Positions 9,781-19,091 of a stretch of 64,000 nucleotides of DNA are shown here, piece by piece. A program made the translations under genes and the position numbers. The stretch spans positions 513 through 64,512 of the forward strand of contig CAYUUK010000007.1 in the NCBI GenBank assembly GCA_964447905.1, in the 5' to 3' direction. This stretch comes from an uncultured Pseudomonadales bacterium (GTDB lineage Bacteria > Patescibacteriota > Microgenomatia > UBA1400 > UBA1396). The notes below the pieces were generated by a model. It worked only from the letters and a program-made list of their open reading frames with translations, was not told the origin of the DNA and ran no database searches. Every line of letters begins with the position of its first letter. The first letter of the stretch is position 1.

Positions 9781-10256
9781 CTAGGCAGCTTCTAGCGATT
9801 CAACGGTATACTCCACTTCGCCCCGCGGGGTAGAAAACAGAACTGCTTCGCCCTTTTTTTGCCGAGTACAGCTTTTCCGAGTGGACTCAGGTGTGACAGT
9901 TTCTTCTGGTTTGGATCCGATTCGTGCTCGTTGACCAGGGTGTAGGTCTGGGTTCCTCGTTCGTTTTTGAGCGTGAACGTTGCGCCGAGTTCTATGGCGT
10001 CATAATGATCTTTTTGCGCAATGACTGTACCGTGTTCTACCAGGTGGTGGAGGCGGCGAAGTTCACGCTTGATATTTCCAAGTTCGAACTTGCCGTACTT
10101 ATAGGCTCCGTTTTCTGAGAGGTCACCCATCTCACGCGCGGTAGTGACTCGTTGTTGGACTTCTTTTTTGAGTTGGAGCAACTGGCGAATGCGCTGCTTC
10201 ATGCGCTCAAACTCTTGGGCAGTGAACTGGTATTGTGGTGCGGTATGGTGCGGCAT
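9781..10256 (-). CDS. greA: transcription elongation factor GreA, with an apparent frameshift at an A7 run
   Basis: GDLSENGAYKYGKFE signature. After the minus-strand A7 run (plus-strand T7 at 9854-9860) the annotated frame gives nonsense. A +1 A restores the canonical C-terminus LGKKKGEAVLFSTPRGEVEYTVESLEAA. Confidence 0.7.
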
Positions 10257-10282
10257 AACGAAGCTGTAGTGTAGCGTACTCT

Positions 10283-11188
10283 TTACTTTGTACCAAATGT
10301 TTCAGCAAGTATTGACCGGACTGTGGCGAGTTCATTTTTCCAGATCCAGTACTCAGCGCCCCAGAGAAGGATAGCTTCAACGTTGAGCGCTTTGGCATGC
10401 TCAAGATTTTTTCGTAACGTGTCGAGGTTCATGCTTTGCGCGTCCGGGCTACGAAAGTTCTCGCCGTTTTCTTCCCATGGTTCAGCTTGTAGCTCAGTTA
10501 TCCACACTGACGGTTCTGATTGCCGAATCATTTTTTTCAGCAGAGAATCTGGCTGGCTCGGACCGCGATACAAAGGGCGACCCAAAACAGTGGTGAGGTG
10601 CTGAGAGTAGTAGAGGTCGAGTCCGATGATGTCGGCGAGGGTGGTGGCGCGCGGCCAGAGGCCGCGCGCCACCACATCATTCCCCCAAACATTCACCACA
10701 ATCGGTCGGGAGTCTAGGGAGCGAACGAGCTCAATTTCTTGTTTCAAAAAGGCAAAAGGAATAACTTGATTGTTTGGTCCGCTCGGATCAAGCGGTTCGT
10801 TTTCAACTTGCCAGTGGGTTATACACGAATAGGATTTGAGTGCAGCGATGCTATTTTCGATGTATTTGAGAGCTCGCTCTTGAGTCGCGGCATTCGCTGG
10901 ATCTGCTAACACGTGGCTCGGGAAGTAAAACTCTGGCCACCGCGGCGACTTCATACCAAGTGAAAGCAGTATTTTTTGGGAGTGCTTTTGCGCATAGGTG
11001 AGATAGGGAGTTATTGAATCAAAGGAGTAGTTTCCTGGGCTAGGCTCAATGAGATCCCAGCGCAAGCCCAGTCGAATGATGTTGGGATGTGAGTCCACGA
11101 ACTCTTGAAACGAGGGAAGTGGTTCTAGTCCAAGCCACTCTGCTTGTTGTGGAGAAAAAGTCCAACCGATATGTGGTCTTTTTGGCAT
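10283..11188 (-). CDS. glycoside hydrolase, TIM-barrel GH5-like
   Basis: HWQVENEP (catalytic acid NEP motif) and ITELQ (candidate nucleophile). Confidence 0.5.
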   Translation of the reverse strand: MPKRPHIGWTFSPQQAEWLGLEPLPSFQEFVDSHPNIIRLGLRWDLIEPSPGNYSFDSITPYLTYAQKHSQKILLSLGMKSPRWPEFYFPSHVLADPANAATQERALKYIENSIAALKSYSCITHWQVENEPLDPSGPNNQVIPFAFLKQEIELVRSLDSRPIVVNVWGNDVVARGLWPRATTLADIIGLDLYYSQHLTTVLGRPLYRGPSQPDSLLKKMIRQSEPSVWITELQAEPWEENGENFRSPDAQSMNLDTLRKNLEHAKALNVEAILLWGAEYWIWKNELATVRSILAETFGTK

Positions 11189-11215
11189 ATGTGCATCATA
11201 GCGTACACTGGCAGT

Positions 11216-11503
11216 ATGAAATGGTCTGTTTACATACTGCGGTGTGCGGATAACTCGCTGTACACCGGCTGCACCAACAATCTAGAAGAACGGCTGAAGA
11301 AACATAATGCTGGTCAGGGAGCAAAGTACACCCGGAGCCGACTGCCCGTATCTCTGGTGTATGCAGAAAAAAGTACAGATCGTTCGGCGGCATCGATTCG
11401 TGAGGCGGAGATCAAAAAGTACTCTCGCCAACAAAAAGAACAATTAGTGAGTGCCTCCGCTGATGCTCCTGAAGCGATGGTTTATACTACACAAAATACA
11501 TAA
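11216..11503 (+). CDS. GIY-YIG nuclease-domain protein (UPF0213/YhbQ-like)
   Basis: [29 protein letters not shown] is a classic GIY-YIG motif. Confidence 0.65.
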   Translation: MKWSVYILRCADNSLYTGCTNNLEERLKKHNAGQGAKYTRSRLPVSLVYAEKSTDRSAASIREAEIKKYSRQQKEQLVSASADAPEAMVYTTQNT

Positions 11504-11513
11504 AGGACACACG

Positions 11514-12281
11514 ATGTTACCATTTTTTCTGTTTTTATTGATTGGAGTGGCCACCATTGCCCTGGCTTCTATTAAGCAAATAAATCACTACGAGCGTGGT
11601 GTGGTGTATACCATGGGAAAGTATGCCGGTATGTTGAACCCGGGGTGGCATATCGTTTGGCCTATTTTTCAGGCAATGCAAAAAGTGGATATGCGTACCA
11701 AAGCGGTGGATGTACCTAAGCAAGAAACGATCACCAAAGATAATGTGTCTTGCAAAATGAATGCGGTTATTTACTACAAAGTGTCCGAGGCGGATAAGAC
11801 CATTAACGAAGTGGAAAATGTGTTTTATGCGGTGTCACAGTTGGCACAAACTACTATGCGGCGTATTGCTGGTGAAGCTACGTTAGATGAATTACTTTCT
11901 AATCGCGAAAAAATTGCCAATGAAATTTTACGCACCATTGATCCAATCACAGACGAGTGGGGTATCGATGTGGAAACAGTTGAGTTGAAAGACATTGAAT
12001 TGCCTGAGTCGATGATTCGTACTATGGCAAAACAAGCTGAGGCGGAGCGTGAGAAGCGGGCCACGATTATCAGCTCCGAAGGTGAGGTGCAAGCCGCCAA
12101 TAATCTCTCACAAGCAGCGCAAGTGATGATGTCTAGCCCGGGCGCTCTACACTTGCGTACGCTCAACTCGATTAATGATATTTCTTCAGATCAGTCAAAC
12201 ACGGTAGTGTTTGCCGTTCCGCTCGAGGTGCTCCGTGCAGTCGAGGGAATTTCAGAGATGTGGCAAGGAAAGCAGCGCTGA
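11514..12281 (+). CDS. SPFH/band-7 (stomatin/HflC-like) membrane protein
   Basis: N-terminal TM followed by YERGVVYTMGKY...PGWHIVWPI...VDMRTKAVDVPKQETITKDNV, the SPFH signature; AGGA ribosome-binding site. Confidence 0.75.
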   Translation: MLPFFLFLLIGVATIALASIKQINHYERGVVYTMGKYAGMLNPGWHIVWPIFQAMQKVDMRTKAVDVPKQETITKDNVSCKMNAVIYYKVSEADKTINEVENVFYAVSQLAQTTMRRIAGEATLDELLSNREKIANEILRTIDPITDEWGIDVETVELKDIELPESMIRTMAKQAEAEREKRATIISSEGEVQAANNLSQAAQVMMSSPGALHLRTLNSINDISSDQSNTVVFAVPLEVLRAVEGISEMWQGKQR

Positions 12282-12298
12282 CTTTTTACGAAGGAAGG

Positions 12299-13312
12299 TT
12301 ATTTCCCGGTGATCAACACGGCGAACCCAGCGTTGGCAGCCGTACAGGCGTAGGGAAACTCTCGGCTTTGAATGAGTGCTTTGTGGCCGAGGCTTTGGTC
12401 CCAACCCCACTCGACTGCTTGCACTGCTGTCTCATATCCTGCTGCTAAGTTTTCGTTTATGCTTGTCCAAGTTGGGTTGTCCTCAAAGAACTGGTCAGCG
12501 CGGGCATCAAACCCATCGTGATTATCCAGGCGGCCAAGGGCGAGTTGCTCGTTTACGCGAATGCTCGCCACGGTACACAGTTGATTTGACTGCTGGAACT
12601 CCGGCAGTCCGTGAGCCCGGCGATAGGTTTGCACTGCGGACCATAAGTCTTCGCCGGTATAGGTTGGTGCTCGAGTACTGGCTTGTGTTGGTGCACTGGG
12701 AGCCAACTGCTCGGAAGGGAACTCACTGGCCAAAATGATGGTCAAAATGGTGCCGGGAACACCTTCAAGCATTGCCGAGCGAGTAGCAACTCCAAGTTCT
12801 GTGAGTGCAGTGTTGGTGATACTCTCCTCCTGACTGAGCTCATCAGAGAGAGAAAATCTTCCGCGATTTGGCGCAAACAAGGAAAGGATTTCCACCTTTT
12901 GCGGCGGATTCGTAGTAAGACTGTCCAGTATTTCTTGGGAGTTTGACACACTCAGTTCGCCACGGTCTTCGATTTCGAGGGTGAGTAAGCGGGCAAATTT
13001 TTCGAGTGTATTGTTTGCTGAAGCGCTGGCAACTTCAGACTCGAGTCGAATTTGTGCAATTGTCTCGGACGCGACAGCTGCGCTGTATGTTTGTTTTTCC
13101 TCTAGTGGTTGTCCGGAACTGTTTCGATAGCTTGCCAAGTGGGGAGTACTCAACTCCTGTACCCAGGTTTGAAAAGGCTGAATCAGCTGTTGAGATGTGG
13201 AGGAAACAGCCCCAATTTTATCTTGCGTGACCAGGAGCGCAAAAACTGCGGCACTTCCGACCACCACGAGCCCGGCTGAAGTAATGAAGGATCGCCAGGA
13301 AGGGAGTTTCAT
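12299..13312 (-). CDS. membrane-anchored secreted protein with C-terminal CAP (SCP/YkwD-like) domain
   Basis: N-terminal TM; the C-terminal block GHKALIQS...YACTAANAGFAVLITGK resembles a CAP domain. Confidence 0.45.
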   Translation of the reverse strand: MKLPSWRSFITSAGLVVVGSAAVFALLVTQDKIGAVSSTSQQLIQPFQTWVQELSTPHLASYRNSSGQPLEEKQTYSAAVASETIAQIRLESEVASASANNTLEKFARLLTLEIEDRGELSVSNSQEILDSLTTNPPQKVEILSLFAPNRGRFSLSDELSQEESITNTALTELGVATRSAMLEGVPGTILTIILASEFPSEQLAPSAPTQASTRAPTYTGEDLWSAVQTYRRAHGLPEFQQSNQLCTVASIRVNEQLALGRLDNHDGFDARADQFFEDNPTWTSINENLAAGYETAVQAVEWGWDQSLGHKALIQSREFPYACTAANAGFAVLITGK

Positions 13313-13322
13313 GATTGGGGTT

Positions 13323-14180
13323 CTATGGAGTCGACGAGGTTTGCGCATTCGTTTGTTTCAGAGCTTGGTTCAGTTTATCGTTGTTGAGAATCAGGCTCGG
13401 AGCGTACGGGCGATCAGCTGTTTCGTTGTAGGTGTGAACGCTGCTTTGTTGGAGCGTTTGGGTGAGTCCGAGTGAATCACGGATTTCTTCAGCGAGCGAG
13501 AAGTCAGAGTACACGGTGTCGCTCGTGGCGTGAAAAATACCGGTTGGTTGGTGCTCAATCGCCCATCTGATAACTTCAGCAAACCACTCAATTGGAGTGA
13601 GGGTGAAAAAGTGATCGGAAAAGAACGGGCCAGTTTTTCCGGCCTGAAGCGCTTGCGCAATCTTGTGCCAGATGTCTGGTTTGGCAAATTCATCCTGTCG
13701 GTACGGAAAATTAATTCGAAAAATAGTGGCGGTGGGAATGACTTCGGCGATGACTTTTTCTGCGGCTAACTTTGTTTCCGCATACCAGTCAATAGGGTTG
13801 GTGGCATCGGTTTCGAGGTAGGCGGTTTCTTTGGTTCCGTCGAAAACGTATCCTGTGGAGAGGTGAATGAGGTGTACTCCATGACGAGCACACGCTTCCG
13901 CAATATTGCGGGTGCCTTCCACATTCACTTGGTAGACCACTCCAGATGTGTCACCGGCTTCTTTTTGGGCGGTGTTGAGATCTGTGAACGCGGCCAAGTG
14001 GAGCAGTGTCTTGGCAGGAGAGCGCGCAATAATGTCCTCAATCTGGTTGGCATCGAGGATATCGATTCCTTCGGTGCGGTCTAGATTGATGAATGCGTAC
14101 TCATCACTGAGCATCTCAACAATTTTCGTGCCAACGAGACCGGAAAGTCCGGTGCCGAGTACTGGTTTCTTTTCAGCCAT
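13323..14180 (-). CDS. rfbD: dTDP-4-dehydrorhamnose reductase
   Basis: GTGLSGLVG Rossmann motif; YAETK catalytic YxxxK; RmlD-like length. Confidence 0.8.
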   Translation of the reverse strand: MAEKKPVLGTGLSGLVGTKIVEMLSDEYAFINLDRTEGIDILDANQIEDIIARSPAKTLLHLAAFTDLNTAQKEAGDTSGVVYQVNVEGTRNIAEACARHGVHLIHLSTGYVFDGTKETAYLETDATNPIDWYAETKLAAEKVIAEVIPTATIFRINFPYRQDEFAKPDIWHKIAQALQAGKTGPFFSDHFFTLTPIEWFAEVIRWAIEHQPTGIFHATSDTVYSDFSLAEEIRDSLGLTQTLQQSSVHTYNETADRPYAPSLILNNDKLNQALKQTNAQTSSTP

Positions 14181-14201
14181 TCTTTGCCTACTTTCTCTTC
14201 T

Positions 14202-14732
14202 TTAGCCCTTGGTTACTTCCCACATTTCTGGACCAAAGAAGTCCCAGGGGAGTCGACCTTCGTCAGGATCTTCGGCATTAAATTGATTCGTGACAAAGTA
14301 GAAAAGACTCTGTGGCTCGTGCCAAGGATTACTCCCACCATGTGCTACTCCCGCGGGAATGCGCAAGAGGGTATTGCTATAGCCACCCAAGATGAGACGC
14401 ATGTGATTATTTTTTGTCGGAGAGTCTTCGCGGACGTCTACTAAGTTGACGAGAATGCGGTTGTAAGGAGGCACATACCAAAGATCTTCTTGATTTCTAT
14501 GGATATGAAAGGCCTTAATCACGCCTGGTAAAACAAGCGACAGGCTGGCCTGTCGTACCTCGAAGTTTTCCAGTCCTTCTACAAAACCATCAGTGAGTCG
14601 GACAATTTCGGTAAAATTTCCCGAGTCATCACGAAAGAGCGGTTGAGTAATAACATCTACACCCGCAATTTGGCTTTTTTCCGTGTAGCCCTGAGTGGTT
14701 ATCGCTGGTTGGTATTCTTGAGCAATTTGCAT
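14202..14732 (-). CDS. rfbC: dTDP-4-dehydrorhamnose 3,5-epimerase-like cupin
   Basis: FHIHRNQEDLWYVP...LLRIPAGVAHG is an RmlC-type cupin signature; position between rfbB and rfbD. Confidence 0.6.
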   Translation of the reverse strand: MQIAQEYQPAITTQGYTEKSQIAGVDVITQPLFRDDSGNFTEIVRLTDGFVEGLENFEVRQASLSLVLPGVIKAFHIHRNQEDLWYVPPYNRILVNLVDVREDSPTKNNHMRLILGGYSNTLLRIPAGVAHGGSNPWHEPQSLFYFVTNQFNAEDPDEGRLPWDFFGPEMWEVTKG

Positions 14733-14733
14733 G

Positions 14734-15747
14734 TTATTGGTCTCCGTACTGTTTTTTATAGTAATCCTGATAGTTACCAGACTTCACTCGTCGCCACCAG
14801 TCTTCATTTTCTCGATACCAGGTAATTGTTTTTTGCAGTCCTTCCTCGAGGGTGACCGAAGGTTCCCAGCCGAGATCAGCCTGGGTGGTGCTCCAGTCAA
14901 CTGCATAGCGGCGATCGTGACCAGGTCGGTCTTTGACATAGGTAATGAGCGATTCATCGGCACCCATGAGCTCTAGCAGCATTTTGACTACATCAATGTT
15001 TGCGATGTCTTCACTCATTCCACCAACTAGATAGGTATGGTTTTCTTCACCATGAAGCAGCACTGCTTCAATAGCGCGGCAGTGGTCTTCTACGTAGAGC
15101 CAGTCACGCACATTCAAACCATCGCCATACACGGGCACCGGTTGATTGTCCATGATATTAGTAATGACCAGCGGGATGAGTTTTTCTGGGAAATGGTACG
15201 GACCGTAGTTGTTGGAACAATTGGTCATGGTCCATGGTAGTCCATACGTTTCACCGTACGCTCGTACGAAGTGGTCGCTACTGGCTTTACTGGCTGAATA
15301 GGGGCTGCGAGGATCGTAGTGAGTATTTGGGGTGAATTTCTCTTCTGATCCCAGTTCAAGTGAGCCAAAGACCTCATCGGTAGAGATGTGATGAAAGCGC
15401 TGTACTTCTAGCTCGCGGGCGGCTTCCAATAGCACTTGTGTGCCGACAACGTTTGTTGTCACAAAGGCAGAAGGGTCAAGAATGGAACGATCTACGTGCG
15501 ACTCGGCTGCAAAGTGGACAACCATATGTGCTCCAGCCATAGCTTCACGAACCGCTTCAGGATCACGGATGTCCCCTTTGATAAAGGTATAGTTTTCTTC
15601 GTTCTCTAGGCCGGAAAGGTTTTCGAGATTGCCTGCGTAGGTAAGTAAGTCAAAGTTAACAATATGATCTTCTGGATGGTGTGTATGCCAATAACGAACA
15701 AAATTTGATCCAATAAACCCGGCTCCGCCGGTAACAAAAAGTTTCAT
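14734..15747 (-). CDS. rfbB: dTDP-glucose 4,6-dehydratase
   Basis: MKLFVTGGAGFIGSNFV, YSASKASSDHFVRAY (YxxxK) and the extended-SDR RmlB architecture. Confidence 0.9.
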   Translation of the reverse strand: MKLFVTGGAGFIGSNFVRYWHTHHPEDHIVNFDLLTYAGNLENLSGLENEENYTFIKGDIRDPEAVREAMAGAHMVVHFAAESHVDRSILDPSAFVTTNVVGTQVLLEAARELEVQRFHHISTDEVFGSLELGSEEKFTPNTHYDPRSPYSASKASSDHFVRAYGETYGLPWTMTNCSNNYGPYHFPEKLIPLVITNIMDNQPVPVYGDGLNVRDWLYVEDHCRAIEAVLLHGEENHTYLVGGMSEDIANIDVVKMLLELMGADESLITYVKDRPGHDRRYAVDWSTTQADLGWEPSVTLEEGLQKTITWYRENEDWWRRVKSGNYQDYYKKQYGDQ

Positions 15748-15782
15748 GTGTGCCCTCTCTGTGCTCTCTATTGTACTGGTTT

Positions 15783-16022
15783 TTACGTGTTTTGTGCCTG
15801 TTCTAGCAAGAGAACAGTTTTTTCATTGAAACGTTCTCCTTTGGAGAGTATGAGGTCTGACGGGCGAACATGCAAGTGCTTCGCCAGGGCTTTGAGCATA
15901 GCTTTATTGGCTTTGCCTTTTTGCGCAGGTTGGGTAACATAGACTCTAAAGCTGGTTGGAGACTGCGCTTCTACACGTTCGCGCTTTGCTTGAGGAACGA
16001 CCATGATGGATAATACTTTCAT
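15783..16022 (-). CDS. DUF167 (YggU-family) protein
   Basis: MKVLSIMVVPQAKRERVE...YVTQPAQKGKANKAMLKALAKHL matches the DUF167 pattern. Confidence 0.55.
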   Translation of the reverse strand: MKVLSIMVVPQAKRERVEAQSPTSFRVYVTQPAQKGKANKAMLKALAKHLHVRPSDLILSKGERFNEKTVLLLEQAQNT

Positions 16023-16067
16023 ACTGGTATTGTACAAAATGAAGTTTCCGGCCATAATGCACAACTT

Positions 16068-17237
16068 ATGAGTTCTATGCCTGACACCACAACAGCCTCA
16101 CTTCCAGAATTAGCGGTCATTATTGTTTCCTATAACACAGCGGCGTTAACACAGAAATGTCTCGACGCTGTACTGCAGTCCACTGGAGTTCGCTTGCAAG
16201 TGTTTGTTGTTGATAACTGTTCCACTGATCGAACTTTGACCCAACTGCGCCGTAAGTACAGTTTACGCTCCAGTAAAAAGCGGTGGGAGGAGTGGCAAGA
16301 GAAACTGCATAGCCCCAGCGTTAAGGATCTTTTTCCGAGTGTGAAAGTCGATGTTACGGCTGTGCCGCGCATCTATACTGCCGCATACCAAGCAGATGTT
16401 TCAGTCAGCAAGAAGCGGAAACAGAGCCATGAACCACAGATCGTCGAGCACGATATTGTGCTCTTGCCTTCGGAAAGAAATCTTGGGTTTGGTCGGGCAA
16501 ACAATCTGGCAGCAGCGAGCACGAATGCCGAGTACATCTTCTTTTTGAACTCAGACGCATTTGTTGAGCCTAAAACGATTTTAGCACTCGTAAAGCAGTT
16601 TCGGAAGCGACCGGGCAAGTCAACTGCCGTACTTGCCTCCATGAAAAATGCTCTTGATAATGTTGGCATTATTGCTGCAGAGCTGCACAATGAAGACGGT
16701 ACGTTGCAACGCCAAGGTGGAAGTTTGCCGACCAACTGGAATGTTTTTCTCTGGGCAACTTTTCTAGATGATGCGCCCGTGCTGAATCGTCTCAAGGCTT
16801 ACCAGCATCATGATCATGATATGCGGTGGTATCACCGTCGCCCACTTTCAAAAGTTGGCTGGGTGGGCGGTACGGCTCTAATGATTTCTCGCCAGTGTAT
16901 CGATGAAGTCGGTGGATTTGATGGTGAAATATTTATGTATGGGGAAGATATCGATCTCTGTTGGCGAGCAACGATGCGTCACTGGGATGTCGCGTTAAGC
17001 TCCAAGGCTCGAGTCACTCACCTCGGATCGGCCAGTGCTGGTCACAAAGCAGCGATTTTGGGAGAAATTTCTGGATTGCTGTATATGTGGCAAAAACACA
17101 GATCACCTCTGGATCTATGGCTTTTGAAGCGCATTTTACTTATTGGTCTCGTTTTCCGTACGATAATTTTTGGTATACTGCGACGGTATGGTCAGCAACG
17201 CATTTATCAGGAAGCTTTGGACATGGTTCGACAATAA
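16068..17237 (+). CDS. family 2 glycosyltransferase
   Basis: IIVSYNTAALTQKCLDAV...VVDNCSTD, and a DxD-like region in LNSDAFVEP. Confidence 0.75.
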   Translation: MSSMPDTTTASLPELAVIIVSYNTAALTQKCLDAVLQSTGVRLQVFVVDNCSTDRTLTQLRRKYSLRSSKKRWEEWQEKLHSPSVKDLFPSVKVDVTAVPRIYTAAYQADVSVSKKRKQSHEPQIVEHDIVLLPSERNLGFGRANNLAAASTNAEYIFFLNSDAFVEPKTILALVKQFRKRPGKSTAVLASMKNALDNVGIIAAELHNEDGTLQRQGGSLPTNWNVFLWATFLDDAPVLNRLKAYQHHDHDMRWYHRRPLSKVGWVGGTALMISRQCIDEVGGFDGEIFMYGEDIDLCWRATMRHWDVALSSKARVTHLGSASAGHKAAILGEISGLLYMWQKHRSPLDLWLLKRILLIGLVFRTIIFGILRRYGQQRIYQEALDMVRQ

Positions 17238-19089
17238 CTTTTTATTGATCGCCACCGCTTTCTTCATCGCCTTCATTACACTGTATCCAAAGATCCCTCT
17301 CGGTGAGATTATTCCTGGGTACATTGTTCGTGTTCGATTAGAAGACTTTTTTGTACTTTTTGTGTTTTTGTGGTGGGGCTTGCAGGTGCTGCGCAAAAAA
17401 GTCCACTGGCGAACGCCGTTGACACTGTTTATTGCTTTGTATCTAGGAGTAGGTCTTCTTTCGAACATCCTGGGTGTGATTCTCACGCAAACAATTCCGG
17501 CTGAGGTATTGCATTTTGGGAAGTCTTCGCTCCACTGGATGCGACATATTCAGTATTTCTCTTTGTTCTTTATTGGGTACTCAGCAGTGAAAACTCGTCG
17601 CGATGCCGCCATTTTATTTGGTGTGGCTGGCTTAACTTTGTTGGCTGTCGTTTTCTATGGATACGGTCAGAAGTATTGGTATTGGCCGGTGTACTCAACG
17701 ATGAATCGAGAGTTTAGTAAAGGCGTTCGCTTGTATCTTGGTCCGTTTGCGCGCGTACAGTCCACGTTTGCTGGACACTATGATCTTGGTGCGTATCTCG
17801 CATTCATCTTGCCGATGGTTTTGGCGTTCTTCTTCATGTTAGGACAAAAATATACCCAAGCGGAAAAGTGGTTGCGCGGTCGCTGGAGATCGATCCTCTA
17901 TGGTTTGACTGGGTTTGCTTGGATTGCCGGTTTGTGGCTGCTCGTAATGTCTGGAGCACGTTCTTCGTTTGGAGGATACGTGATTGGTATTGGCTTTGTG
18001 ATTTTGCTGTTTGCTTTACGCCGTCGTTCCGTGTGGTGGTTCCTTTCGCGCGGGTTTGTTGTGTATGTAATCAGTGCTCTCTTTGTCCTGTTTGTTGGTG
18101 ACTTAAGTAGTCGCTATATTCAACTGATTGATAAAAACAAGTATCCGCAAGTGCATGCGGCGTATGAAAGCTGGGAAAACTTTAAAGAAGATCCTGGTTC
18201 GGTTATTACTTTCCGTTGGCCGTTTGGGGATAAAGAGTTAGCCGACAGTGGCAAACGACAACCTCCACAAGGAGCAAAGTCAGTTGAAGAGCTGGAAGCC
18301 GAGCTGAATAAGCAAGGGCTGACGGTTACCGATACGCAACCAACCACCGAGCGACCTTCAGATGTGTTTGCTGATGTACCAGAAAAAGAGTTTGATCTCG
18401 ACGATCCAGCCGCTACTATGGCTGGTGATCTTGTGCAAAAGGGCGATAAGCTGGTAAAAGAGCGCACGTACTCAGAATGTTCTGTTGAGCGGAGTTTGTC
18501 TCTTTGTATTCGTCTTGAAACACTGTGGCCGCGTGCCCTGCAAGGGTTTTATAACAACCCACTCTTTGGTTCTGGATACGCAACTCTCACCAAAGAAACA
18601 GTTGGACAATTTACCGAAGCAGAAAGTACCGATAATAACTATCTGAGAACCCTCGGTGAAAATGGTGCGCTCGGCTTCTTCTTCTACTACGGCACCATGG
18701 GACTGGTACTCTGGTACGCATATCGAGCCTATCGCATGAGTGCTGATCCGCTGCACACGGCAGTAGCAGTTGGTTTGCTGAGTGGATTGATTGCTCTCAT
18801 GATTAATGGTACCTATATTGACGTTTTCGTTGCATCTAAAGTGGCATATACCCTCTGGATTATGGTCGGTGTGGCGTTGGCGCTCTTTGTGAAAGATGGA
18901 GTGGTGGCGCAACGCTTTGCCTTTGAGCGGCAAGAAAAGGCGGAAAAAACATCCGAACTTTCCGTGCTGTTGCAGAAGGTAGAAGACTCCGCAGAGGCCC
19001 GCCACGGTGGTGAGAAAGGCTACCTCTCTAAGCAGAAACGGCGCCAAAAGAGCACGAAGAAGAAAAAATCAGTGCAGAGAAAGAAGTAA
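17188..19089 (+). CDS. O-antigen ligase/polymerase-family (Wzy_C) polytopic membrane protein
   Basis: At least 10 TM; the loop with GSGYATL...NNYLRTLGENGALG matches the Wzy_C motif; Lys/Arg-rich tail. Confidence 0.55.
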   Translation: MVSNAFIRKLWTWFDNNFLLIATAFFIAFITLYPKIPLGEIIPGYIVRVRLEDFFVLFVFLWWGLQVLRKKVHWRTPLTLFIALYLGVGLLSNILGVILTQTIPAEVLHFGKSSLHWMRHIQYFSLFFIGYSAVKTRRDAAILFGVAGLTLLAVVFYGYGQKYWYWPVYSTMNREFSKGVRLYLGPFARVQSTFAGHYDLGAYLAFILPMVLAFFFMLGQKYTQAEKWLRGRWRSILYGLTGFAWIAGLWLLVMSGARSSFGGYVIGIGFVILLFALRRRSVWWFLSRGFVVYVISALFVLFVGDLSSRYIQLIDKNKYPQVHAAYESWENFKEDPGSVITFRWPFGDKELADSGKRQPPQGAKSVEELEAELNKQGLTVTDTQPTTERPSDVFADVPEKEFDLDDPAATMAGDLVQKGDKLVKERTYSECSVERSLSLCIRLETLWPRALQGFYNNPLFGSGYATLTKETVGQFTEAESTDNNYLRTLGENGALGFFFYYGTMGLVLWYAYRAYRMSADPLHTAVAVGLLSGLIALMINGTYIDVFVASKVAYTLWIMVGVALALFVKDGVVAQRFAFERQEKAEKTSELSVLLQKVEDSAEARHGGEKGYLSKQKRRQKSTKKKKSVQRKK

Positions 19090-19091
19090 TT

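Noticed and set aside
17170-17237. 68 nt overlap between the GT2 gene and the O-antigen ligase-like gene as evidence of a frameshift or fusion
   Set aside because: Both reading frames look complete on their own and an internal ATG at 17188 reduces the overlap. No homopolymer lies at the junction.
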